Positions 36,860 through 51,854 of a stretch of DNA of 64,000 bases are shown one piece after another. The stretch lies in NCBI RefSeq assembly GCF_009914755.1, contig NC_060933.1; one strand, 5' to 3'. The notes under the pieces are model-generated. The model saw only the letters and a list, made by a program, of their open reading frames with translations, made no database searches and had not been told where the DNA came from. Numbering within the stretch: the first letter of the stretch is position 1; every line of letters starts with the position of its first letter. A program made the translations under genes and the position numbers. This DNA is from the human T2T-CHM13v2.0 reference genome, Homo sapiens.

Positions 36860-39491
36860 TTAAAAAATGTTAATTGACATAATAAATGTACATATTTATG
36901 CTGTACAATGTGATATTTTGATGTGTGTATTCAATGTGTAATGATTAAATCAGAGTAATTAGCATGCGTATTACCTCAAATGTTTATTTACTTTTTGGTG
37001 TGTGTTGGGGACATTCAAAATCCACTCTTCTAGATTTTTGAAAATACATAACTAATTGCTGTTAATTAATGGCACCCTATAGCATTATAGAACACTAGAA
37101 CTTTTTCCTTCTATTTAGCTCTAATTTTGTGTCTGTTAACCAATCTCTGACTATTCACACCCCCGCCCAACTTCAGATGGACTAAGACAAGACTTAAATA
37201 TGAGACCCCAAACTGTGAAGCTGTGGTAACCGCTATTCTACTCTCTACTTCCATGAGACTAAATTTTTAGCTTCTATATATGAGAAATACATGAGATATT
37301 TCTCTTTCTGTGCCTGACTTATTTCACTTAACATAATGTCTTCCAAGCTCCTCCATGTTGCTGTGAGTGGCATGACAGAATTTTGTCCTTTTTTCTGGCT
37401 GAATAGTATTCCATTGTGTATACAGACCACATTTTCTTATCCATTTATCTGTTGATAAACACTTAGGTTGATTACATATCCTGATTATTCTGAATAGTGC
37501 TATGATAAACATAGGAGGGCAGGTATCTATTCAATAATCCGATTTCCTTTTGTTTTTGGCTATATTCCCAGTAGCGAAAGTGAGATATCATATGGTAATA
37601 CTATCTTTGGTTTTCTGAGAAACCTTCATACTATTTTTCATAATGGCTGTATAAATTTATATTCCCACCAACAATATAAGAGTTCCCCTCTCTCTGCCAT
37701 TCTGAGATAAGTGTTACTCCGTAGTGGTTTTGATTTGTATTTCTCTGATGATTAGTGATCTTGACCATTTTTTCAAGTTCCTGTTAGCTATTTGTATATG
37801 TTCTTTTAAAAGATGTCTATTCAGTTCATTTGCTCATTTTCAAATTGAATTATGTAGGAGTATTTTGTCTGTTTATTTGTTTGTTGCTATTGAGTTGTTT
37901 TAGTTCTTTGTCTATTCTAGATATTAATCCCTTATTGGAAGAATAGTTTGCAAATATTTTCCCCAGTATTCGAGCTATTTCTTCACTCTGTCCATTGTTT
38001 CCTTTGTTGTGCAGAAGATATATAACCCAATTTATCTATTTTTACTTTTGCTGCCTGTGCTTTTGAGGTCTTCTCCATAAAGTCTTAGTCCAGACTAATA
38101 TCCTAGAGGAGTGCTCCTTTGTTTTCTTTGGAAGTTTCATAGTTCTAGGTCTCACATTTAAGCCTTGTCTTAGTCCATTTTGTGTTGCTATACAAGAATG
38201 CCCAAGACTGAGTAATTTTTTTAAACAATAGGTTTATTTAGGTCATGGTTCTAAGGCTCATAAGTTCAAGGGCATGGCCCTGGCTTCTGGTGAGAGTTAC
38301 CATGCTGCATCACAACACAGCTGAGAGAGCATCAAAGGGAAAGTGGGCCTGTAGGAAGAGGGGAAAACCTGAGAGATGTCCTGGCATTATAACAACCCAC
38401 TCTCATAGGAACAAATCCATTCTGATGAGAATTAATCCAGTCTTGTGAACTCTTTGCCATGAGAATAGCATCAAGTTATTTATGAGGAATTCAGTCCCAC
38501 AACCCAAATACCTCCCGCTAGGACCCTCAATGCTACTGCACTGATGATCAAATTTCAACATGAGTTTTTGTGGGGACAAACAAACTATATCCAAACCATA
38601 GCAAGTCTTTAATCCATTGTTAGTTGATTTTTGCATAGGATGGGAGACAAAAGCCTAGTTTCATTTTTCTGAATATGGATATCGAGTTTTCCTATCAGGA
38701 GTTATTGAAGACACTACTGTTTACCCAGGGAATGTTCTTGGTGCCTTTGCTGACAAGCAATTAGCTGTATATCTGTGTGTTTATTTCTGGGCTCTATATT
38801 CTGTTCCATTGGCCTATATATCTATTTTTATGCCAGTACCATGATCTCTTGATTATTATAGCTTTATAGTATATTTTGAAGTTGGCAATGTGATGCCTCC
38901 AGCTTTGTTATTTTTGCTCAGGATCATTTTGGCTTTTTGGAGTCTTTTGTGGTTCTGTACAAATTTTAGAATTGTTTTTTCTATTTCTGTGAAGAATGTA
39001 ATTAGTATGTTGATATGTTTTGCACTGACTATGTAGATTACATGTGGTGGCATGACCATTTTTACAATTTTAATTCTTCTAGTCCATGAACATGGGATAT
39101 TTTTCTATTTTTTATGTCCTCCTCCATTTCTTTCAGCAGTGTTCCATAGCTTTCCTTGTAGAGATCTTTCGTCTTCTTGGTTAAATTTATCCCTAGGTTT
39201 TTGTTGTTGTTGTTTGTATTCATAGCTATTGTAAATAGGATTACTCTCTTGATTTCTTTTTCCACTAGTTTGTTTTTGGTGTATAGAAATGCTATTTGCT
39301 TTTTGTATGTTGATTTTGTATCCTGCAACTTTGCTAACTTTTAATTTCAGTTCTAAGAGTTTTTTGCCAAAACTTTTAAGTTTTTCTTCGTATAAGACAG
39401 TGTCATCTGCAAATAGGGACAATTTGACTTCCTCCTTTCCAACTTGGATGCTCTTAATTTCCTTCTTTTGACTAATTGCTCTGTCTAGGAC
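36860..39491 (-). mobile_element. L1MA-type LINE (3' UTR plus ORF2 RT region), interrupted by an MST LTR
   Basis: Antisense L1MA 3' end; ORF-track fragments contain [10 protein letters not shown] (RT) and LGINLTK ... DLYKE. Confidence 0.93.
38166..38603 (-). mobile_element. MST (B/C-like) solo LTR nested in L1
   Basis: TGTCTTAGTCCATT ... CCAAACCATAGCA; TSD AGCCT (38161-38165) / AGTCT (38604-38608). Confidence 0.92.
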
Positions 39492-39699
39492 ATGAAACTT
39501 ATTTTTTGAATATAATGTAAAAGAGAACTCAAACTTTTTTCCACATGAAAAGCTTTTACAAGAACTGTTTAATGAATAACTCATCGATTTTGACCCTGAC
39601 TAAAAATGTCATTTTTATAATGTACTATATCTTCAATATGCTGTCATCACTTTCTTGATATCTCATTTTGATTTACTATTTTATTGTGAATACTACATT

Positions 39700-39886
39700 T
39701 AAAAAAAATTCACCTGTTTTATTATTTTCAGACCGGGTTGTAAGACTGTCTAATTTTTGTATTTTTGATAGAGACAAGGTTTCATCATGGTGCAAAGGCT
39801 GGTCTCAAACTCCTAGGCTCAAGTGATTCACACACTTTTGCCTCCCAAAGTGTTGGGATTACAGGGGAGAGTCACTGAGCCTGGCT
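39700..39886 (-). mobile_element. Alu left-arm monomer with a non-Alu 3' extension
   Basis: AluJ-like left arm and A-rich linker, then unrelated sequence; TSD GTGA(A/G)TACTACATT at 39686-39699 and 39887-39900. Confidence 0.85.
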
Positions 39887-41190
39887 GTGAGTACTACATT
39901 ACTTATTTATCATGGAATTATGTCTTGAAGTTTACTTGGGAAAATCTCTTCTCATTGTTCTTCTCTTTCAAATTTTTTTTTATGACTCTCAGGCTTTTTT
40001 TTATTTCTCAGTTAGGTCTTGCACCAAAGTCATAATGCTTCATTATAAGAAACAAATAGCAACAACAACAAAAAACTTCTGACAAGTGAAAAAAAAAGGG
40101 AGATCCTGGAGATGAGTCAAAATGTAAGAAAAGAAACAGGCAAGGGGTAATTGTTTTCTTTTTTCTTTTGTCTTTTAGTGGGAAGACAGTTTCCAGTTTT
40201 GGTATCACACAATAATCTGAAACTCCAATAATCTATAGCGTTTCTGGACTAAAGAACCACAAGGTTGATTTGAGGCCAACTACAGGCACAGAAAAGTGAA
40301 AGGGGTAGCCTGGAAAGAAGTCTCAAATTCTGTGCCTAAAAATTAACAAAATCTCTATTGACCCTTAAACCACACATATGTAAGACAGATGGGAACAACT
40401 CACTTCAGGGTGGTGGAGGAGTGTTGAGCTGTGATTTGAACTGCTATGTAAGAGATTTTGTGATTTGAGATCACTTAGTTTTTTGCTTAAAAAAATATCA
40501 ACACTCTACAGAGGAGCGGGATAACAAAATCCCAAATCTCCATAACATAATATTCACCATGTTCAGAAGACACACGAAATTACTTTGTATTCAGAGAACC
40601 AGGAAAATGTTACCCATTCTCAAGAGAATGATAATCAATAAAGGTCAACCCTGAGATAACCCAGATATTGAAATTAGCAAGCAATGACTTTAAAGTAATT
40701 ATTATTACTATGCTCAGTGAAGTAAACTATAATATGCTTGTAATGGAAAAAATATAAGCATTCTCAATAGAAGAATGGAAACTATAAGGAACCAAATAAA
40801 TTTTTTAGAATCAGAAACGACAATGTAAAATATTTTTTAAAAACACTGAATGGACTTAAAACCAGAATGAGGACAGCAAAAGAACAAGTCAGTAAACATG
40901 CAGCTAAATCAAAATAAATTATCAATTTGAAGAGCAGAAAAAATATTGAAAATAATGGACAATATTAAAATGTCTAAATACATGTAATTACAATAGAAGA
41001 TGGAGAAGAAAAAGACTGATGCAGAAAAAAACTTTTGGGGAAATAATGACCTGAAATTTCCCCAACTTGGTGAAAGACATGAACTGACAGATTCAAGAAT
41101 CTACAAGCAGGATAATTATGAGAAAATTCATGCTCAGGCACACTATAGTCAAATTTAAAAAAATGATAACAAGAAAATACAGAAAGCAGC

Positions 41191-41430
41191 TGGGTAACTA
41201 TCATCAATAATAACTTGACTGTACATTGTAAAATAACTCAAAGAACATAATTGATTTGTTTGTGACTCAATGGATAAGTGCTTGTGGAGATGAATACCTC
41301 ATTCTCCATGATATGATTATTACACAGTTCATGCCTGTATCAAACATCTCATGTACCCCATAAATATAAACATCTACTATGTACCCATAAAATGTAAAAT
41401 TTTTTAAATTTTAAAAGAGAAAAAAAAGAA
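41191..41430 (+). mobile_element. L1MA(1-3)-type 3' end, nested
   Basis: CATGCCTGTATCAAACATCTCATGTACCCCATAAATATA ... A-rich tail; degenerate TSD ending CAGC. Confidence 0.85.
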
Positions 41431-43815
41431 AGAACTCAAAACAGCATACAGAATAATAGTTACGTGAATTGACACTGACTTTTTATCAGATACTGCAAAA
41501 ACCAGAAGATAACCAGACAGCATCTTTAAGGTGATGAAAGAAAAAACAACAAACAACTATGAGTCTGGAATATCATATTATACAAAAATATCCTTCAAAA
41601 ATGAAGGCAGAAGCAAAACTATATTAAGATACTAAAACTAAAAGGTTATGTCACCAGCAGACCCATACTAAATTAGTAGCAAGAGATGATCTTCAGGCTA
41701 AAGGGAAATGATACCAGAGATAATGCAAGAACTTCAGACATGAATAAAAAGCATTATGCATGGTAAACTTCTGTGTAAATATAAAAGGCTATTTTTCTTT
41801 TAACTTCTTAAAAATATATGATCGTTTAAAGGAAAATTTATAATGCTGCCAAGTGGAGATTGTGATATATGTTGTTTAATATATGTGACAACTGCAGTAC
41901 AAAGGATGGAAGGGGAAATAATAAAGACAGATCTTTAAAATTTCAGGTTTTCTATATTTTATGTAAAGTGGTACAACATTAACACTACGTAGACTGTGAA
42001 AAGTTTAGAATAAATATTTTAATCCGTAGAGCTACCACTAGAATAATAATAATGCAAAGAAGTATAGCTGAAAACACAATAGATAAATTAAAGTGAAGTT
42101 CTATAAACACTCAAATAATTCAAAAAAGATCAGGAAAGGAGACAGAGAATCAAAATCAAAAAGGATAAACAAAAACAAAGAATAAAAGTGATAGATTTAA
42201 ATCTAACATTATCAATCTTAAATGTTAATGGAACAATCACTTCCATCAAAAGACAGAGATTATCAAAATGGCTAAAATACTAAGACCCAAATATATGTCA
42301 CCTAAGAGAGCTATACGATACATATAAATACACAGATAGCTTGGAAGTAAATGGATTAAAAAGTTACACCATGCAAACAATAAGCATCAGAAAATGAGTA
42401 AGTTTTCATGAATATCAGATACAATAAACTTCAGGAAAAAAGTATTTCCAGAGGTAAATAGGAATATTTAATAATGACAAAAAGATCAGTTCATCAGCAA
42501 GACATAACAGTCACAAATGTGTTTGCCCTGTAACAGATCTCTATATTATATGAAGCAAAAGTGGACAGAAATCAAGAAAGCAATAAACAAATTCACAGTC
42601 ATAGCCGGAAATTGTAACACCCTTCTGTCACTAATGCTAGAACAACTAGTCAAAATTTCACCAGTAAAGGTATAGATGATCTGAAGAACAGTATCATTTT
42701 TCTTGACCTATTTGGTATTTATACAACACTATATCCAACAGTTGTAGAATACACAGTTGTATTCTTTCCCAGTGCACGAGATAAAACACGTGCTTGGCCA
42801 AAAACAGCTTTAATACATTTAAAAGAGTTAAATAATACAGAGAATATTCTCTAAATGCAATGGAATTAGTTTATAAATTAATAACAATTAAGATATCTAG
42901 AAGAAAAATGGAAACTACATAATACAGTAGTAAATAAGCCATGGATCATAAAAGAAGTCAAAAAGGAAATTAGAAAACATTTTGTTCTGGATAAAAAGAA
43001 GACTACATATCAAAATTTGTAGGATGCAGCTAAAGCAATGCTTAGAGGGGAATTTATAGTTTTAAACACATGTTAAAAAGGTACCAATGTCTAGAATTAA
43101 TGACCTAAAGTACCACCTTAAAAAGCCAGGAAAAAAACAGCAATATAAATCCAATGTAAATAGAAGAAAGGAAATATTAAAAAGTAGAAGAAAATGAAAT
43201 ACAAAAATAAAGAAAATTAACAAAGCCAAAAGCTGGTTATTTTAAATGATTAACAAAATTGATACACTTTCAGCTAGATTGAATAAAAAAAAAAACCCAA
43301 ATCAAAAAAGAGCAAGAGCACAAATCACTAGTATGAAGAATGAAGAAGAGACTATCATCACAGATTAAATATAAAAAAATTTGTATTTTTAAAATATTTA
43401 ATAAAGATATTTTAAAAAATAACAGAATATAATAAACCACTTAATACCAACAAATTTGACAATTTCAAATATATGGACCAATTCTTGAAATAATACAAGT
43501 GACCCAAATTGACAGAGATAAAACAGAAATATAAATTGCCAATTTTCAAGAATAAATCTGTTATCAGAGACTTTGCCACAAAGAAACCCTTGCCTCAGAA
43601 ATGTTCCCTTGGTGAATTCAACCAAATATTTAAGAAAGAAATAACAACAACATTATATAAAATATTTGAAAGGATAGAGGAAGAAGAAATACATCCCAAT
43701 ACATTTTATGAGACCAACATACATCTTATACCAAAATTCTCAAAGGCATAATCAAAAGAGAAAATTATAGACCAATTTGTTTAATGAACATTTACATGAA
43801 AATCTTTAACAAAGT

Positions 43816-45175
<1,360 letters not shown>

Positions 45176-45223
45176 AACAAAGTATTAGCAAATCAAATAC
45201 AGTAACTTAAAAGATAACTTATT

Positions 45224-45528
<305 letters not shown>

Positions 45529-45544
45529 TTAAAAGATAACTTAT

Positions 45545-46317
45545 TGAAATGGGAGACATTCCCTTATCCTGCTCGCAGGGCGGGACAGGGGTGTGGCTCA
45601 CTTCTTCCATGCCCTGCTGCTCAGATCCCTATGCAGAACATGCAGGTTGGGGGAGGGTTTTTGGGCTCCGATGCCACAGCAGCCTGTAGGGTTGAGTGTT
45701 TACAGCTTCTGAAGCCCCAGTGGGCGTGTGTTGCAGTGCCGTTTTTCAGTTTTGCTGTCTGTAGGTGGCTTGTGTTAATCAGCTCAATTAGAATCTCTGC
45801 CTTATTCCAAAGACAGAGGGATTTCTGTATTCCGGGTTCTTGTCCTAGTGTACCGGAAAAATGGGATCACATGTAGGCTTAGAGCATGAGTGCAACATTT
45901 TACTGAGTGGTGGAGGTAGCTCCCAGTGAGATGGATGGGGAGCCAGAAGGGGGATGGAGTGGGAAGGTGTTTTTCCCCTGGAGAGGGGCTACCCAGCGGC
46001 TAGACTCTCCTCTGACTGCCCGCAGACGAATTCCCCTCAGAGTTCATGTCATTCTGCCATTGATGGTCTGCCAGTGTCTGCTAGTGTCTGTTGGTGTGTT
46101 CTGCTCCTCTCGACAGCCGCTTGTGTGTGGTCCACTGTGGTTCTGGGTTTTTGTGGGCACAGTATGGGGGGCGTGGTAGACCAAAAGTCAACTTTTTGGG
46201 CTTGAAAACAGTTATGCTTGTCCTTATTTAGGTCTGTGGGCACAGGCCAGAGGTGGAACCTTCACCAAGGACCTCGCCCTTCTCTACCCAGTACTTCCCT
46301 GCCCCACTCCCATATCA
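45545..46317 (-). mobile_element. MER50-like ERV1 solo LTR
   Basis: TG...CA termini; minus strand begins TGATATGGGAGTGGGGCAGGGAAGTACTGGG; 4-bp TSD TTAT. Confidence 0.85.
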
Positions 46318-46897
46318 TTATGACCATAAAGAGCTTATCCCATGAATTCAGTTTTGTTTTATATTCTCTGAATTGTCATTTTAAAATGGTTAATTTTATA
46401 GTATGCAAATTTCGCTTCAACAAAAAATGCATGTAATTCATCATATTAACACAATTAAACAATACAATCATCTCAATAGATGCAGAAAAAACATTTACAC
46501 AAAATCCAGCACCAAATAATGATAAGACTTCTCAGCAAATGAGGGATACAAGGAAACTTTTTCAAACCAACAAGGGGAATCTGTAAAACTTACAGATAAC
46601 GTCATCCTTTGTGGTATCATATTGAACACTTTTCCCCTAAGATCAGGAGCAAGGCAAGGATTCCCACTTTCACCACTTCTACTCAACATCATACTGAAAA
46701 TCCTAACCATTTGCAATAATAAGAAAAAAGATGTCAGTGGCATACAAATCAGAAAGGAAGAAGCAAAACTGTGTATATGAAAACGACATAATTCTTTACA
46801 AAAAAAATCATGGAAAATCTAAAAAGCTACACAAGAGATAATAAGTACATTTACCAAAGTTGCAGAATACAAGGTTTTGTTTAAAAAATTAACTGTA

Positions 46898-47757
46898 ACC
46901 ACTGCACATCTATTAGAATGGCCAAAATCCAGAGCATAAATACCACCAAATGTTGTCAAGGATGTGGAGTAATGGGAGCTCTCATTCACTTCTGATGGAA
47001 ATAAAATGGTACAGCCATTTTGGAGGATAATTTGGTGGTTTCTTGCAAAGCTAAACATACTATTATTACACTATCCAGCAATTATATTCCTTGGTATTTA
47101 CTCAAAGAAGTTGAAAACTTATGTAGGCACAGAAACCAATACATGGATATTTATAGCAGCTTTATTCACAATTGCCCAAACTTAGAAGTGACCAAGATGT
47201 CCTTCAGTAGGTTGGAATATCACTCAATGTGAAAAAAAAAAAAAACAAAAAACTGAACTATCAAGCCATGAAAAGACATGGAGGAATCTTAAATGTGTAT
47301 AATTAAGTGAAAGAAGGCGATCAGAAAAGGCTACATACTGTATTATTCCAACTGACATTCTGGAGAAGAGAGAGCTATGGCGACAGCATAAAGATCAGTG
47401 GTTGTCAGGGTCTAAGGGTGACAGGGATGAACAGGTGAAATGTAGAGAATTTATAGGGCAGTGAAAATACTCTGTATGATACTATAATGGTAAATACATG
47501 CCATTATACATTTGTCTAAACCCATAAAATGTACAACACCAAGAATGAACCTAATATAAACTATGAACTCTGTGTGATAATAATTGTCAATATAGACTCA
47601 CGAATTGCCACAAATGTATCACTATGTTTGGGAATGTTGATAATGGAAGAAGCTATGCATGCGTGAGGCCAAGGGGTATATGGGGAGTCTCTGTACCTTC
47701 TGCTCAATTTTGCTGTGAACATAAGACTGCCCTAAAAAACAAAATCTATTTTTAAAA
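46898..47757 (+). mobile_element. L1MC-type 3' fragment, nested
   Basis: AGAATGGCCAAAATCCAG ... GAACTATCAAGCCATGAAAAGACATGGAGGAA ... TCTGTACCTTCTGCTCAATTTTGCTGTGAAC. Confidence 0.85.
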
Positions 47758-48279
47758 GTAGTTTATATGTTGTGAAAATTTATAGAGCTATATACACTTA
47801 TAATTTTTGCAGTTCTGTACATGTATACTTCATTTAAAAAATCAATTGTATTGTTATATACACAATTATGCAAACAATAAAGAAATGAAATTCAAAGCAA
47901 TTCCCTTTATAGTAGCATCAATGTATAAAATACTTAGAAAAAATTATCAATATATAAGCAAGACTTCTACACTGAAAATTACAAAATGTTGCTGAGAAAA
48001 ATTTTAGAAGACCTAAATTATCAACACCCTGTGACACTGGCACTGTAATTGACAAACAGATCAATACAATAGAGAGTTCAGAAATAGACCCACACTTAAA
48101 GTGTCATTTATTTGTTTGTTTTTTTAACAAAGGCACCAGAGCAATTCAATGTTACCAAAAAAAAAAAGTTTTTTCCACAAATGGTGTTCATATGAAAAAA
48201 AAAAAGAATTGAACTTCAACCCTTACCTAAAATTCATTTGACGTGAATTATAGACCTAAATATTAAAAAGCTAAAACCA

Positions 48280-48583
48280 GGCTGGGCACGGTGGCTCATG
48301 CCTGTAATCCCAGCACTTTGGGAGGCTGAGGAGGGCAGATCACGAGGTCAGGAGACGGAGACCATCCTGGCTAACACAGTGAAATCCCATCTCTACTAAA
48401 AATACAAAAAATTAGCTGGGTGTGGTGGCACGCACCTGTAATCCCAGCTATTCAGGAGGCTGAGGCAGGAGAATGGCCTGAACCCAGGAGGCAAAGCTTG
48501 CAGTGAGCCAAGATTGCACCACTGCACTCCAGCCTGGGCGACAGAGTGAGACTCTATCTCAAAAAAAAAAAAAAAAAAAAAAA
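48280..48583 (+). mobile_element. AluY/AluSc8-like SINE
   Basis: GAGACCATCCTGGCTAACAC and GAGAATGGC ... AGCTTGCAGTGAGCC diagnostics; A23 tail; TSD AAAAAGCTAAAACC. Confidence 0.96.
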
Positions 48584-49341
48584 GCTAAAACCGTAAAACT
48601 TTTGTGATTTAAAAACATAGCTGATGATCTTCATTATTGGGGATAGACACAGATATCTTAAACAGCTCATAGAAAACGTAACTATAAAAGACAAAACATG
48701 CCAATATGGCCTCCTCAAAATTAAAAAAAAAGTCTTTTCATCAAAAGACACCATTGAGAAAATGAATAGAAAAGTTATAGGCTGTGAGAAAATATTAATA
48801 AATATTCAATAAAGGACTATGTACCCTGGGTATATAAATAAGTCCTATAACTCAAACATAAAAAGTCAAACAACTCAATAAAAAGTAGGCAAAATATTTG
48901 TACACTCTTTACAAAAGAAGTATACAAATGACCAACAGGCAAATCATAAAGTGTGTAATATTATTAGTCATCATATAAGTGCAAATTAAACCACAATAAG
49001 ATATAACTGCATGCCTAAGAAAATGGCCAAAATTAAATATACCGGTAACATTAGAAGTTGACAAGGATGTGGAACAATCAGAACTCTCTTATATTCTTGG
49101 TTATAAAGTATATAATCAAGGGGTATTTATTATAAAATGGTACAACTACTGCAGGGAAAGTTCTGACAGATTCTGACAAACATAAATACATACTTACTTT
49201 GATCCAGCAAATCCAATCATACGAGAAATAAAAATATACATCCACACAACAATTTGTACATGAATGTTCATGGAGGTCTCCTCCTCCTCCTCCTTCTCTT
49301 CCTTCTTCTTCTTACTAATAACAACATAAATTTATTGCTCA

Positions 49342-49714
<373 letters not shown>

Positions 49715-50399
49715 GTGTATGCATGGACATATTTCTGGGGTTTCTGATACATGCTGCAACATGGATGAACCTTGAAGATATTCTGCTAGATGAAAGAAGA
49801 TCTAGTAATAAAAGGTCACATATTGTATGATTTCATTTGTATGACATGTCTAGAATAGGCAAGTCTATAGAGACAGAAAGTAGATTGTTGGTTTCCTAGC
49901 ACTAGGTGGTGGAAAGAACATGGGAAGTGAGGGTCTGAAGGAAAGTGACTGCTAATAGGAATGGTGTTTTCTGGGGGAGTGATGAAAATATAAAATCAAT
50001 TGTGGTGATGGTTTCACATCTCTGTAAATACTATATGCTGCAAAACAATGAATTGTGCACGTTAAATAGGTGAATTTTATGGTATATCTCAATAAAGTTG
50101 TGATTATAAAAGTTGTCAAGGATAACATCTAGATGGTGGGTATATGGTGTTTACTGCAGTTATTTCAATTTTACTGTATATTTGAAAACTTTTAAAATAA
50201 AAAAATCCTAGAGAAGATGTTGATTGCAATTGTGTGAATTTTAGAGATTCATATGAAGAAAACTCATATCTGTATTTAGTCTTTGCAGTTAGAAATAGAT
50301 TACTCACTGTTTAAGCACCTCTTCAGCATCATTGATAGATATCTCAAGCTACTTCTGATGAGTGTGTGCCAGGATCCACAATTCCATCATTGCACAGCT

Positions 50400-50940
50400 C
50401 TGGATGTTATAAAGGTCTTCCTTACAAACCATTGAGACAAAAATCCTCATCACTACCTCATTAGAACTGGTTGCTAGCTTCTTGAAACTTCTTTTACATT
50501 TCATTCCATCGTATGGGAAGATAACAGTCATAAGTCTTATCAGTTTCTAGTTTTTCAGGCTTTACATGCCTGATCCTTCCAGCTGTTTTTTTGTTTGTTT
50601 GTTTGTTTTGTTTTGCTTTGTTTTTTGCATGATTCTGAGACCCTTCACAATCTGGATGACCTTTCTTTGAAAGTCTTTGATTTTCCCTAAACTCCCAAGT
50701 GTAACAAGAATGGAACAGTATAGTCCAGGTAAGGTCTGATCAGCACAAGAGATAAAGTGTCTCCTTCCTTATCCGATATCTTTTACTTCTGTTAACACAG
50801 TCTAGAATTACAATAGCTTTTCTAGGTAACCATAGCTCACTGCTATGGAACTTAAAGCCCTTTAGTCTATTTCCATGCATTACACTAAGTACAGTATGCT
50901 TCTTCTCTCTATACCTGAAATGACCTTTTATTAAAAACTC
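50400..50940 (-). mobile_element. L3/CR1 relic
   Basis: TCCAGGTAAGGTCTGATCAGCAC ... CTTCTGTTAACACAGTCTAGAATTACAATAGCTTT. Confidence 0.6.
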
Positions 50941-51854
50941 AAGAACATTCCTCAGCAAGTGTTTTCAGAATGCTAAGTGTCTCAATGCCTGGTTTAGTGG
51001 CCACCTACCTTTGAGAGAGCTGCTTTTCTGAATTTGCGTCATTTTCATGATGAATAAAGCATGGAGAATCACTCTCAGCTGGTAGCGATATTCATAGACT
51101 TCCCAGATTGGAAGAGACCTTAAAAGACTGTCTCATCCCTCCTCCTGCCACCAAGCATGATGATATGTACACTAATTCTCTTCAGAGAGAGGGCAGCAGC
51201 TGCCACCAATCTACCCAGATCTCTAGGCTGTCCCTCTATGACCCAGTCTCAGGGTAGCATATTCCTGTTGATTAAGAGTTTTGAGAGCCTTGGATGAATG
51301 CAGTACTGAAATTAGCAGGAAGTAGTGGAAATAATTTGCCTGCACTCAGCGTCTTCTGCCGACAGCATCTGCCAAACGAGGGGAATTGCAGGCAGGCAGA
51401 GATGCTGTGCACTCCATGGGTGATGAGGGGGCTTGGAGCTCCCTGCACCATGGGCAGATAATTACTTACTCCCAGTCATCCACTTGGAGATGATTCTATG
51501 TATAGAACTCCACCTCACCACATGGTGTCCATAGCCCACAAAGGAAAAGATTTTCCAAGGAAAGTAGGTCAGTGCAGTTCCTGGATAGAGAGGGTCACTT
51601 CACCTGTTGTCTGGGTCAGTTCCAAGACCTAAGAGTCTCTTACTGATAAGAGGCTGAGATCTATACTGCAGGGAGATTTAACTTGCTCTCTTGCTCTTAG
51701 TATTATATTCATGTTAATTTCTTAGGTTTTGTACTATTTTTGCCATATATAGTATCACAGAACTGAAGGTAAGATGTGGGTCATGAGATTCCAAAATGGC
51801 CCATGAGTTATGAGATTCAAAAAGCATTAGCTACCCCAAAATGTATATTAATAA

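Noticed and set aside
38856-39584. ORFs with a reverse-transcriptase FADD motif
   Set aside because: Frameshifted remnants of L1 ORF2, not a cellular or novel RT system
45544-46436. GC-richer segment with several overlapping ORFs
   Set aside because: Explained by the MER50-like LTR; not a CpG island or exon
51333-51410. Imperfect inverted repeats (ACAGCATCTGCC / GGCAGAGATGCTGT) as a possible miRNA hairpin
   Set aside because: Stem too short and interrupted to support a pre-miRNA without folding or small-RNA data
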